Shown here one piece after another: positions 38,339-51,132 of a DNA stretch of 64,000 nucleotides. The stretch is from Macrostomum hystrix (taxonomy: Eukaryota; Animalia; Platyhelminthes). The notes beneath the pieces are model-generated. The model worked only from the letters and a program-made list of their open reading frames with translations, did not search any database and was not told the origin of the DNA. Position numbers and translations under genes: made by a program. The stretch covers positions 12,896,001 through 12,960,000 of the forward strand of contig CATNEN010000038.1 of assembly GCA_950097015.1 (NCBI GenBank), given 5' to 3'. How positions within the stretch are numbered: position 1 is the first letter of the stretch; each line of letters starts with the position of its first letter.

Positions 38339-38880
38339 ACTCTGGGACTTACAGTTTGTATCCATGTGATTCTGGGTCTTCCAGTTTGTATCCATGGAAT
38401 TCTGGGACTTACAGTTTGTATCCATGGGATTCTGGGTCTTCCAGTTTGTATCCATGTGATTCTGGGTCTTCCAGTTTGTATCCATGTGATTCTGGGTCTT
38501 CCAGTTTGTATCCATGGAATTCTGGGTCTTCCAGTTTGTATCCATGGGATTCTGGGACTTCCAGTTTGTATCCATATGATTCTGGGTCTTCCAGTTTGTA
38601 TCCATGTGATTCTGGGTCTTCCAGTTTGTATCCATGTGATTCTGGGTCTTCCAGTTTGTATCCATGGAATTCTGGGTCTTCCAGTTTGTATCCATGGGAT
38701 TCTGGGACTTCCAGTTTGTATCCATATGATTCTGGGTCTTCCAGTTTGTATCCATGGGATTCTGGGACTTCCAGTTTGTATCCATGTGATTCTGGCTCCT
38801 CCAGTTTGTATCCATGGAATTCTGGGTCTTCCAGTTTGTATCCAAGGGATTCTGGGTCTTCCAGTTTGTATCCATGGGAT
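38339..38880. repeat. 30-bp tandem repeat (~18 copies) just 3' of ERAL1
   Basis: Unit tctgggtcttccagtttgtatccatgtgat. Confidence 0.97.
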
Positions 38881-38957
38881 GCTCTAGTCGGCCTAGAGAA
38901 AGTGGTCTAGCGCTATCAAAATGCTTTGGGCCGGATAAACACGATTAATCAGTAAAA

Positions 38958-41900
38958 TTAATGTGCCACATCCGGCATGAGCTGGGCAAAGGATTCGGCC
39001 TGCTTCATCAGTTTGAGGTGTCCTCCAGGCACGGTGGCCCTCACAGCCGCCAATTTGAGCACAACACCAGTCTTGAAGATGTCCTGCAGCTCCTCCTTAG
39101 AGCGGACTGCGATCTCGTTGATATTCTCGCCGTTCTGGCCGATGACGCAGGTAAGGGCGCGAATCGACGGGCAGAGGATGCGCACGCTGATGAAGAGGCG
39201 ACCGTCCCTGGCGCGATCCAGATCCGCGAGTTCGAAGCCCAGCCGGTAGGGCACCTCTTTGGGCAGCAGGTCGAGGCAGCGGGCCCAGATGCACATGCGA
39301 ACCAGGTCTAGAGGCTCCATGTCCGACAGGCAGGAGCTGTGGAACAGCCAGGGCCGCGGCAGGGCGATGGAGAACAGGTAGTCACGGAGACCGTCCACTC
39401 CATGACCAGTGGCCGCTGACACCATGAACACCTCCTGGTGGGGTTTAAGGTAATAAATACAAAATTAATATGCTTTTTCAGGTCACCATGGGTCAGTAAT
39501 TGTTGGTCAGAGTCTGGGTCAAGGTAAGAAACTATGGGTCAGTATTTGTTGGTCAGATTCTGGGTCGAGGTAAGAAACTTTGGGCCAGAATTTATAGGTC
39601 AGATTTTGGGTCAAGGTAAGAAACCATGGGTCAGTATGTTTCTATTCCTGGTAGGGTCAAGGTTAAATAGCATGGCTAAAACTGAGGCACAGGTGAGGGA
39701 GTGACTCTGACTTATGACACAGTCAGAACTGTCAGTGCCAAGCTGAGAAATAAAAGCTCAGTTGCACAATTTGGCAGTTAGATGCCGTGGGTCAGGATTA
39801 GTCCTCAGCCGCACCTGGAATCCACGCCAGGTGGACTGTCCTTCAACCAGGCGGCTGATTTCACGCCAGCGGCGCCGCCTAGCCAGAGCCTCCTCCTTGC
39901 TGACCGCGCCAAGCAGCATCTGCTCGCGCAACCACAGAGCAAACGGGTCCAGCTCGGACAATGAAGGCGGCGGTTGCAGAGGCGTCAAGCTGCGCTCGCT
40001 GCCAGTGTTGTGACTATCCAGCAGGCAGGCTGGCAAAGAGTCCGTATCTGCGGGATTATGAATGAAGTCTTATCGGTTGGAAAAATCTGCTCAGGGCGCA
40101 GAGTTTTTATCTCAATTAATAAAATTAGATCATTGATTACACCTGCCCCTATCGGGCCAGATTTACCTGCCCCACCCAAACGAAAGCTGGTACCCATTAA
40201 ACAGCTGTGTGAACTGAAGCAATGCAGAGTTAAGTGTCTTGCTAAAGGACAAAAAGTGTTCCAGTGGAGTCGGGAATCGAACCCACAACCTACGCTCTAA
40301 CCACTAACCAACCCTTGTTTTTGTAACCCCGAAATATTCTTTTTTAACTGAGAAGTACGGGATCGGCTTAGCGTCTTTCCCTTAAATCCACCCTCAGAAG
40401 TCGGGAGGATGATAGGATTATCCAGAACTTAGGGTCTGCGGCTCTCTTAAGACTGCACAGCATCGCACCTTGCTCAGCCAGATCAGGCACGGCAGTCAGC
40501 AGCCGCCGCTCGTCCTCCTGGTCGGCTAGCAGTGCCGCGCGCCGATCGTCTTCTAGCAACATCGGCGTCGGTGCCGGAGGATTCGGGCCCCACATCAGCA
40601 CATCGGGCGGAGGTAACAGGTGGCGTTGAAGGCGCTCAACGGGCGGCACCAGGTACCGCTCCCAGCTGCGATCCCAACGGCCATGCCAGACACCACCGTC
40701 TGTGATGGCGTCGTCAGTAGCCTGCGATTTGGCCAATAAATTTTGTACCAAATCGTTGAAGAATAATTAGATTTAAAACCTGGATATGCCGAGTTCGAAT
40801 CTCATCTTATCCAACTCACCTCTGCTCGGCCCTCCAAAGCTTGTAGCTGCCTCACTTGCCGATCAATAACCTCAATGCGACCGGCGTACTTGTCAACGTG
40901 ACTGACGCGACCCGCAACCACCCCGTCAGTGAGGCTGCGTGCCATCTCCAGCAGGCGAACGCGGCTGCCGCGGAGCAGGTCAACCTTGTTCAGCACCAGC
41001 ACTGACGGCTTGTTGGCGAAATAATGCAGCGCCTTCAGCACCTCCGGGTCCAGGCGGCTGCGCGAAGGCCGATGAGACACGTCGGCCATGACTAGGATTA
41101 GGTCAGCCTGTGGAAAGGATTGTCAGGGACGGGTTAAGTATGGACAGTTCATTAAGAATGAGCTCACCAGGTTTATACCTGTCAAGACTCTGACCCCGCA
41201 CTTTGATCCACCCAGCCTCCTTAACAACAAGCGAGGCTTTAACACCTGAACGTGAGAGCCACCCTATGGACATCGGCGCAGCTGGTCACTGCTTCACCGA
41301 TGTCTCAGATGGCTCGCTATCTAAAGGCCGGAGCAGTCATCGTCTTCTTCCACAAGGGTGGAGCGCTCCTTCTGGAGAGCCTGCATCTTGGTGAGAACAA
41401 CTCTGTTTTCAGGCGGAGTTCTGCGCCATCAACGAGTGCGCGAAACATCTCATTAAGGCGAATAACAATAACAAGCAGACTTACATGTATTGTGACATTT
41501 AAGCCGCCATCAAGGCACTGAATGCAGTCAAATCATATAAAAATGGTGGTTTAGAATAGTTCGTTTAGAAGCATGCAAACTCTAGCGGTCATTAATAGGG
41601 TCAACCTGATCTGGACGCCCGGTCACAACAATATCATCGACAATGGGCTCGTGGATTGACTCGCCAAGGATCGTGATAATCTTGAAATAATCCTGAAAGC
41701 GGCCACCGGGAGATCATCCGAAGCTTTGAGAAGTGGCTCAAGCGCCAGCTTCCAGACGCTCTGGAACAGCTTTGACGACAACAGACAAGCCCGTTCCACT
41801 TTGCCCGAAATTAACCGCTCAGATTACCTGCTGATTTCTCTCAACAGAACTGACCTCACGGAGATTCGCATTGCCAGTACTGGTCACGGCTTGTTCCAGA

Positions 41901-42738
41901 GACACATTTCTCTCCTAAGCGGGCGCTTCCCCACCTGCCCCTTCTGCGGCATAGTTGAGGAAACCGCGACACATCACGTCACCTTCTGCCCGTTCTTTGA
42001 GAAATAGCGCAGATAACATCTTCGTCACCTTTAAGGAAAGGATCTCAACTTCATTCGACACAGCAGCCGGATGAAGATCGCCAACGCCGACCGAGCGAAC
42101 CTGCTGTTGCTGCTGGCGCGGGGTGGGCGCACCCACAAGGCTCAGCCTCTTCTCTTTTACATTGGGGTTGCGATAGGCGCCTCATGTCCTATTGATGACG
42201 TTCCGCCCCCCGTCAGTAAGTAGGTAGTTAAGAACAGACAAACCCCCAGAACACAGACGAACTCCAGCCCACCTGAAACACCGTCGAGTGCACGTCTCTC
42301 ATAATGAAATTCTCTAGATTGAATCTTCGTCTCCTCTGCTCGCTGAGCAGTCCGGGCAGATCCAGGAAGACCAGCTGGGCATTGCCCCGGGTGCTGATCA
42401 CCGCCTGCTTGGAGCGGGTGGTGTTGATTTTCTGCGACACAGCGCAGGACCTGTAGCAGGACAGCATGTTAACCAGCGAACTCTTGCCAACGCCTGTCGC
42501 GCCAAGGACGGCTACACGAAGAAGGCGAGAGTCCGGGGGCGAGTCCGGCTGCAGGTAAGCCAGCTTCTGCCACATGCTGCGCGCCTTCTCAGCCAGCTTG
42601 TCGGCTGGCGCCGCAGCCGGCAGAGCCACCGACGATGCGGAACTGCTGGCTGGGGCTCTGACGGTAATTAGCTGCGGCTGCAGCTGGAGTACCTGCAGAC
42701 GCAGACAGCGGCAGCCAAAGAGACTGCTAATGATGGCC
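38958..42738 (-). CDS. ERAL1: Mitochondrial Era-like GTPase (small-subunit assembly factor); short 5' exons near 42940-43040 unresolved
   Basis: G1 GATGVGKSSL, VSQKINTTR, DLPG (42273-42738); LVLNKVD (40821-41107); two insert exons (about 40469-40722 and 39815-40015); VFMVSAATG, LPKEVPY and the KH-domain VIGQNGENI (38958-39434). Confidence 0.9.
40165..40310 (-). mobile_element. tRNA-derived SINE remnant in an ERAL1 intron
   Basis: Plus strand ttaagtgtcttgctaaaggac...gggaatcgaacccacaacc...ctctaaccact: the reverse complement of a B-box/A-box head plus a segment resembling conserved CORE/V-type SINE domains. Confidence 0.6.
41170..42210 (+). mobile_element. Degenerate non-LTR retrotransposon 3' fragment (RNase H + Zn-knuckle) in an ERAL1 intron
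   Basis: HCFTD, LIWTPGHNNI..NGLVD*LAK and STGHG...CPFCGIVEETATHHVTFCP motifs, interrupted by stops and frameshifts. Confidence 0.75.
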
Positions 42739-43320
42739 TGAAATGAAAACTATTCTGTCTCATCATCTGCAAGGATAATTCCTACATGAATGATCTGAGG
42801 AAAATACCTAAATAAGTAGTTGAGAGGATAATTCCGACCTGAGGATCGGGAAGGATAACTCCTACCTCATCATCCGAGAGGATAACTCCTACATGATCAT
42901 CTGAGAGGATAATTCCTCTATAAAAATGTATAATTTATTGCCTGCAAATAGTGCGTGTGCCCAACACATGGCTTTGCAAAGACCTGAAAGAAGAGATGAA
43001 AAACAAAGAAATACAAATAATTTACCGAAAATGGGCATCAATTAAACGCTGCCAAAATCAATAAAGAAATCAGCAGCAGTTTAAATATTCTTTACACAAC
43101 AGGGCAAATAAATTTTGTCGCCTACTTAATGAAGCTAATAAAATTTTGAGCCAGTAGTTGCTGTCTATTTAGCGAATCGAAAATGATTTATCGATGCAAA
43201 GTAACATAATTGACATTGTAATTCAGACAAGAAAGTACGCAAAACAATGCAAAACCTGACAGGGGATTTCATGAAATTATCGGTCTGGATTATATAGGAA
43301 TCCTGTTCTTAATAACAAGT

Positions 43321-43487
43321 GATTCTTGATCTGGATTTCAGTGGTTCCTGATCTGGATTTCAGGGATTCCTGATCTGGATTTTTGGGGATCCTGATCTGG
43401 ATTTCAGGGATTTCTGATCTGGATTTCAGTGATTGCTGATCTGGATTTCAGTGATTCCTGATTAGGATTTCAGGGATTCCTGATCTA
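43321..43487. repeat. 21-bp tandem repeat between MRPS2 and ERAL1
   Basis: Unit gattcctgatctggatttcag. Confidence 0.9.
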
Positions 43488-43621
43488 ACAAGGATCCCAG
43501 TAAAAATAGTTTTTAGTTCTAGAATTCCTGGCCTTCAGTTAGTGAAGTGCGTTAGGAGCAGTTACAATTGAAAACATGTGCCTATTCCCAGTGTCCCGAT
43601 ACTAAATCTCAGTTTCTGTTG

Positions 43622-45388
43622 TCAGATTTTGCCTGTGGGCGGTTTCGGCGTTCCGGTCGGCGAGCCTGGACGTTTCACTGCACCCAGACGATTTCGGTCT
43701 GGTTGCTGCTGCTGCTGCTGCAGCTTGGCTTGACGCTGATGCTGCTGCGGCTGACCCTGCCAACGCTCTAACCGCTGTGCAACACCTCCTGTGCCGCTGC
43801 CCTCCGATTTAATTGCTCGCGTCTGGGCTCGACGGAACGAGTCACGCGGGTCGTCTTTGGCGATGAGCCTGCTGCCGACACAAAAAGTGCTAAATTTTAA
43901 CACTCTACTTGCTCTCAGACCGCTCTGAATCCAGTTTTCCCAGCAAATAATAATTAACCACGAACCCATCGTCGCCATAGTCATCCGAGACACTGTCTGG
44001 CAGTTGCCGACTTGTTGATGCTGCTGACTCCTCCAGCTGCGTCCCGGTTGACCACTGGGCAAAGGCGGCCTTGCCGCGTCTGATAGCCTCGCCAAACAAT
44101 ACCAGGTATAGCTGCAGCGCCTGTGGCGAATCGTCATTGCCGGGCACGGGGTAGGTTACTAGGCGGGGATCGGCGTTCGAGTCGCAGATTCCCACTGTGG
44201 GGACCATCACCTGCAAGTCAAGTTTGTTCCTCAGTGTTTTCAATGAGATAGTGTGTGAGTGGCAGACTATGGCAGACTAGAGTGGCAGCTGGGGTGACAG
44301 TGGCAGACAATCAGTTGGGGTTAGATGCAGCAGTTAGATTAGAACAGGTCATGTGACAGCAGTTAGAAGCCAACCTTGGCGCAGGCTGCGATTGCCGGAT
44401 GAGGCAGCATGACCGGGCTCATGCAGGACAGGAAAATGGCCAGGTCGGGCAGGCGGGTGGCGGTATTGAAGTAATTTGTGGCGTCAGTCAGGGACTGATC
44501 AACCCAGGGTCGCGTGTAGGAGAACTCGCCCATCTCCGCGACGCGCCGCTCAATCAGAGGCGACAAGGCCGGCCAGCCCTGCGGCAAGGCAAAATGGATT
44601 GTTATTCACCGTGTGCTTTGCGATCTCACTACGCTGATTTCTATATATTCAGTCGAACAATACCGGCTACTTTTTCATTAAGCACGCCTTACCTGCCAGA
44701 CAAACAACACGATGCCGCCCCGAGCCGCCACGTGGGCAGTGAAGTTCAGCGCCCTACGCAACAGCGGCGCCGTCTGTTCCAAATCGATTATGTCCACATC
44801 GCAGCGACAGCCAAACAGGCTTGGCGTCATCCACTCACTGCGGCAGCCGAACTTGTGTCCCAGGTGAACCCTGTGCTCCATTAGCTGGTGCTTGTTCACT
44901 AGCCTGTTTACCTGTGGAGTGAGGTAATCTTAGACTACAGACTTTTCTCCTGCTCTTTGACAAAGTTCTTGCCCCTATGTCCCTCACCCCCTCTTTTCTC
45001 TATCATTTATCATTTTACCTAATGGCTCATTATTATTTGCCCTCATTCTCCTCTCCTCGAATCCAATGTCTCTTTCTCCTCATATCCCATGGCTTTTTTA
45101 CTTCACCCATTCTCCTTTCCTCATATTTAATTGGCCTTTCTGCTTTTTCAAACTCCTCCTTTTTTACCCGCGCACCTGAAAATAGTCGTCGATACGCAGG
45201 CTCTGGTCCATTGTGACACCTTTGTTTGGCTGCCAGGTAAGCAGGGATAAGTCAGCAGCGCTTGCGACAGCCTCCCTCGCGCTGGCTGCAGTGCAGAGCC
45301 CAACACTGGCTGGCGCGCGCAGCATCAGACAGCGGCGAAGGCACCAATTGAAGGCCATAGACTGGCTGGCTGCAAGTATAATTTTCAT
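43622..45388 (-). CDS. MRPS2: Mitochondrial ribosomal protein uS2m
   Basis: Exons approx. 45168-45388 (targeting peptide, DDYFQV), 44693-44910 ([10 protein letters not shown]...[32 protein letters not shown]), 44376-44578 (RLPDLAIF), 43960-44210 ([25 protein letters not shown]) and a Q-rich tail at 43622-43870. Confidence 0.92.
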
Positions 45389-47475
45389 ACATTTACCTGA
45401 GCTATTTAACAGTTTTATTTAAACATTTGAGTAAGCTACTGTAAGATGCAATAGGAATTAATGACTGGGAAAGAGTTTTAAGTTAAAGAACATATAGAAA
45501 ACACTAATATTTAGAAGTCTCAGGACTGTTCTCAAATAAACTAGCATGTAACTAAGCAAATAATGATACTTGAGTGATCGTAACAAAATATCCCATAAAC
45601 AGATTTTAAAAGATCCTAAAAATACTTTAATACAAGTACAGAATAAAAGCTTATTAATTTTTTGCACATTGTTGAATTAACTGTGTATGTACATAATTAA
45701 GTGTTAGCCATGTAGGCTACAATGAGCCATTAGTACTATTGAAGTACTACTGCACATATGTAAAGCACATTATATACAAATAAAAGCAGTCATTAATCTG
45801 CCCCATCAAATACTAGCTTTCAGACTGCAGTGCAGTATTAGTTTTAAAATGCTTAGGAACTAAATTGCTCAATGCTAAGTTAAAAAGGGTGTGCTCTTTT
45901 ATAATAGAATGCAGTCTGTTTTAAGGTTAATACAAGTTAAAGCTATTGTCATTAATGTCATTATTATTTTTGTCATTATTATCTCATTATTATTATTATT
46001 ATTATTATCATTATTATCAACATTATTATTGTCATCATCATTATTTTCATTAATATATTAAAAATGCAATCAATAAAGATTACATATAATTAATGAGCCT
46101 TTTTGAGGTAGCTTTTAAGAAAATCTAATAAAATGATAGGCTTAATGACTGATGAACACATTGGAAAAGGTAACTTTCCAAATGCAAAATCCAAATACCA
46201 AATGTTTATTCCATTAGCATCTGCAAACACATATGCTGCCCTCTTAAATAAATAAATAAATATATATGCTACTTAGTATTGTATTAGTAGTAGTTGTACT
46301 TAATAGTAGTCTCTTACTTCAGTTGTTACGATTGAATTCTTTTTATGTTTTATCATTTTTATGAATCCTATAAATAAATAACAGATAAAATTGTTCTTTA
46401 AAGCTAACTATGCTTATTTGATCACTTAGTCAGTGTTACATTTTATTGAAAGTATTTTGATTTTACTTCTGATTACATAATTATAGATACAATAATATAA
46501 TAGTAATTATTGTCAACCACATAGCCAGAAATTTTTTTGGGGGGGGAGAGGGAAAGGCTGCCCCTAAGGGAGGGAAAAGGAAATTCTAAATCTTGAAGTA
46601 TTGCATGGCCTGTTGCTGAAAAATGCCATCGCCGATCATATACTAGAAAAATGGACTTTATTAATTTTTTTGGCAGCTGTTTGGGGGGATACATTCTCCC
46701 CCACCCCCTCCCTCACTGATTATTGTAAAATAATAGTAGGGCCTATACTATAGCCACAATATGTTATTATTTAAGTTCCCTATACTATTTGTGGAAATAT
46801 AAGGAAATACAACTACAAGATATAGGGAAGTCAATCAGTTACCAGAGTAATCTTGGCCAGAGTTCCAAAAATATGGGACTATAGCTTGTCAGCAATGAAT
46901 CCCATTCCAAGAGGCTATTCTACTCTGTTGCTTTGTTGGTTGGACAACATGAATCTATTGTATATAACAAAGCATAGAGGTAAGCACTACAATTTATAAT
47001 TTTTTATTGATTAAACTTGTAAATGTTCTCACAATTACTTGTTTAAGCATTTTGCCACTATAGTATTAGGCATATTTTTGTTGAATTAAATTGCTACAAA
47101 CTTACAACATATAAGCTAACTCTGTTCCATTCCTACACCTTCTACATAAGGAGGCTTTCCTCATTCCAGTGCAAATCAATCTTCTCCATCAAAAATGCAA
47201 TCTGAGATATGAGTGGCCACATTACAAATGGCAATATGAGGTCATGGTGAAACTCTAGAAAAAGCTGCATTCAATTACTATCCAGTAATTTTTATTGAAT
47301 GTGCTTGCCTAGCTCATCCCCCAACTTTGTCCGCAACAATGCTGCTCAGTAGGCCTAGTACATTCCAAACCTGTACATACTCAGGTTTACAACTTTTTTG
47401 TTACTTTTAATTATTGATTATTAATTGATTGTCACTTTTAATAACAATAACAATATTACTTTGTATATTATTATT

Positions 47476-47725
47476 CATACATGTGCAACACCTGGCCGAC
47501 CTGGCTGAACTGACCGGGGGAAACGAGTGCCAAGCAAGGTAAGTCGCAAAAACCAATCATCCATGCACAAAAAAATCAAAGGGGGACCAAGGGACAAAAA
47601 AGGAAGGCGTGAAGAAAAGGAAAAAGTGGAGAGAAAAAGAGAGCAAATGAGAGCAAACTAAGTCGTAAATAGAGCAAAAACTAAGTTGCATGACCGGCTA
47701 AGATTTGGGAGGTTGCGCATGTATG
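47476..47725. mobile_element. hAT-type MITE
   Basis: 14-bp TIRs catacatgtgcaac / gttgcgcatgtatg (one mismatch), with the 8-bp TSD ttattatt on both sides. Confidence 0.8.
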
Positions 47726-48339
47726 TTATTATTACTAGGCCTATGACTAGACCTAGGGCCTATGACTAAATGGAATAATTTACTATCATAGATAGGCCCT
47801 AGGCTCCCTAACATAGCTACAAGCTACATGGATAGCACAAATTAACAATTCGTGAATTTTGTAATAAGTTTTTGGTATATTACTATTAGGATTTTTAGGA
47901 GAATGACTAGGAGTGCTCATCTCATGCTGAAATTACATGTTACGAAAAAATCGAATCCTCAAAATTATTAAATAAATTATCTTCTATCTCGCGTTGTACG
48001 CAAATATCGTAGGGCCTACTTACTTTTATTTCGCTAGACGCTAAAAAGTGGGATACATACTAATAGTATTATACATTCTTAAATATTACACGTCAAAGCC
48101 GCTTGTAAGTTAACTTAATTTCGCGCTGAAATCGAAACCGAATACGAGCCGGAATTCGAAACACTATGCTATTAGAATCATTGATTGGAGAAAGTGAACA
48201 AGGCAAATTTAATAGTGACTATGCTATTGACAAATTGAACGAAAACATATTCCAAGAAACTTCCTATCCTGACCTTTATTTTTTACTCACCTTAGCAATT
48301 TCTACTGTGCCTGTATAAACACTGACACATTGGTGAATC

Positions 48340-48800
48340 TACACTACAATAAGTAAAGACCAGCATGATCTGGATCAATGCCTTGCAAGTTAAGAACTGC
48401 CTCGAGTCCCTAAAGCGAGTGCAGGAGCGAGCATGCCGGATGGTACTGGACGCACCCAAAATCTCTTGCGCTCTTGGACAGCTTAATTCAACGCCTTGCT
48501 TGACCTGACGCCCTTGGACATCTATATTCGAAAAGAAGCGGCGACTACTACCCGCCGCCTTCTGGATGCTGGAGTCCATTTCAGGTTTCATATCAGCTAA
48601 GCGAAAGCATATTCCGCACACGGACCTCGGGGTTTGGGAGAGGGCAACAATCTCAACGTCCTCTCTTACGAGGAGCCGAGTACGCTCAACCTCAGTCAAC
48701 GCTTTAAGATTTTTATCCCCTCGAGGAAAGGTGCCAATGAATGATAGGTGGAACTGCAACGAGATTCACTGTTTTACTGACGGAACAGTATAACGCCCAT
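48340..48800 (+). mobile_element. Degenerate non-LTR retrotransposon fragment (RT C-terminus to RNase H start)
   Basis: IWINAL...LKRVQERACRMVL...ALLDLTPLDIYIRKEAA...EIHCFTDG, read across frameshifts. Confidence 0.65.
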
Positions 48801-49514
48801 TCTCACGCAAATACTGCCGCCAATCCACAACGGCAGTCACGTGCCCCTCCAGAAGGCTGAGAAATATATTCTCCTGAACCAAAACAGGAAAGACATCCTC
48901 GCCCTCTTGATCTATGGAAAACCATTGTCCCCCCATGGACGAGCTGATTTATTTCTAGAAGAACACGCCACAGAGAGGACCGGCTGACCTACCTGACGGG
49001 CCCCCAGGCCTAGCCAAAGCGGACCGAAGACGCAGCGAGTAAGTCAAAAGCTCGAGTCGATCGATCTCGAACAGTAACTAAGTTCGGAGACCCAGTACTC
49101 AATAAAAAAACTTTTTGCTGTTGCTTACGAGAAATGTAAAACAACTGATCATTTTCGAACAAACCTTCAGACAATTACAAATCGCTCACATACCGCAAGT
49201 ATGTAAATAGCCACTATATATTAAAATATAAAATACGCTCGTACAATAGCGTATAACAGCACAGCAGTAAAATTTACGCAAGTCATAAGGAGGCAACAGA
49301 GATACATCGAAAGTGGGCATCTTTTTACCTAAGAACAAAATGATTCCGTTGTAAAAAATGCCAATTAAGCAGCGATAGTCAGAAAGCAAGCAGCTTTAAT
49401 CGTGGTGAGGCATCTGACACTTACTTGCAAATTAGTAAGTTTGCAAGGCACTAATCATTTAGTTAAGGTGGAGGGTGAACTGGGTGAAAGGGGAGAGGAC
49501 AATGGAACAGCGGG

Positions 49515-49782
49515 AATGAGGGCAGGGAACAGTGGGCAGGAAGGAGGGCAGGGAACAGTGGGAAGGAAAGAGGGCAGGGAACAGTGGGAAGGAAGGAGGG
49601 CAGGGAACAGTGGGAAGGAAGGAGGGCAGAGAACAGTGGGAAGGAAGGAGGGCAGAGAACAGTGGGAAGGAAGGAGGGCAGAGAACAGTGGGAAGGAAGG
49701 AGGGCAGAGAACAGTGGGAAGGAAGGAGGGCAGGGAACAGTGGGAAGGAAGGAGGGCAGAGAACAGTGGGAAGGAAGGAGGG
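49515..49782. repeat. 25-bp purine-rich tandem repeat
   Basis: Unit gaacagtgggaaggaaggagggca(g/a), about 10 copies. Confidence 0.95.
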
Positions 49783-51132
49783 AGGTTAGTGACAGGTCAG
49801 TATTAGCAGCGGCAGCAGCAGCGAAGATCACAAAAACAAAACACAAAGCAGTACACAAAAGCATCATAGTGATCTAGTATATAATGAAACAAGGCAATGG
49901 TGAAGCGTTAGTCACTGCTGAAGCGGACCAAAAGTAAAAATGTTAAGTGATTGAATGAAGTGCAAAAGAAAGTATATTTTCATTTGAGGCAATATTGAAA
50001 TATAAATATAGGTATTGCAATGGTTCTTGGGCTACCCACTGCCCTTCAAGATTTAACAAAGCTGAGCAAAATAGGAACAGCTACTGAGAGAACTGAGTTG
50101 GTTTCGCTTTTTTTAAATCTAGCACATGCGTCAGACTGAGGGAATACATGGGAATACATGAGGGAATATGAGCAAGTCAGAGTCAAAAGTAAAGCGATAA
50201 CAAAACAGAAAAGGCAAATAATCATTTCACCAAGGAACTTCCCTTTGCGACATATCACTGAGACAAGAGTGTTTACGCAGGCTTTAGAAAGCTGTTTCAG
50301 AAAGTCGCGATGCAGTAACTGATAAACCGATTTGGTCCATTGGGTTTAACAGTAGCTAGGCTCACCTTGCACTACGAGTCTAATTCAAGAACTGCAGAAT
50401 CAAACATTTATGCCAACATGCTTAAGGATGTCTGGTCTGAGCAGAGAGCATTGGAGTATGAGAAAGCAAGTCCAGGCCGGCAGGAGCAAAGGCACTCATC
50501 ACTGCAAGCGAGTACCGCTGCAGCTCTTGGTCAAAGAAGAATTTATTCTCACTGATGCAAAATTAGAAAGGCACTTTAATGAGCAGAGTAAAATTTTGCT
50601 GCAGGTAAGCTCGTAATAGAAACACAGTTTGAGTCCGAAGGCTGATAATGGTGGTAGAAAGGCATTCACAACAAATAATCTAGCATCTGGTCACTAGAAA
50701 AAAACCGCGTGGTGCTCGATGAGGGCACCAAGAAACACGGAGTAACAGAAAGGCAAATTATTTTGCCGGTGCTTCTCAAACAGATGAAGCAGTGCTCTGT
50801 GCGGACCATGAAATCTCGAAATAGGAAATGAGCTAAAAGGCGAAAATGTGTAAAATATGGGCACATTACTGGTTGCACCCAACTGCGAAACACAGAAACG
50901 AGAATCATCAATGGAGCTGAGCTCCCAGAGCAAATGGGTCAACGGCTGCAGCCCGCAAAAAACTAAAGCAAAGTGCCACAAATGGCACAGTCAGTAGGGT
51001 TGATTTTAAGTAAAAAGAGATGTTTAAAAACAACTAAAATCACACAGGAAAATTGCACGAGATGTGTTTGGATAAGCTGATCCACAAACGATCGGTTCAG
51101 TGAGGATTTAATCCAGTCAGGTGAAAGATTGG

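Noticed and set aside
38288-38910. (MDTNWKTQNH)n and related ORFs
   Set aside because: Artefacts of a 30-bp tandem repeat.
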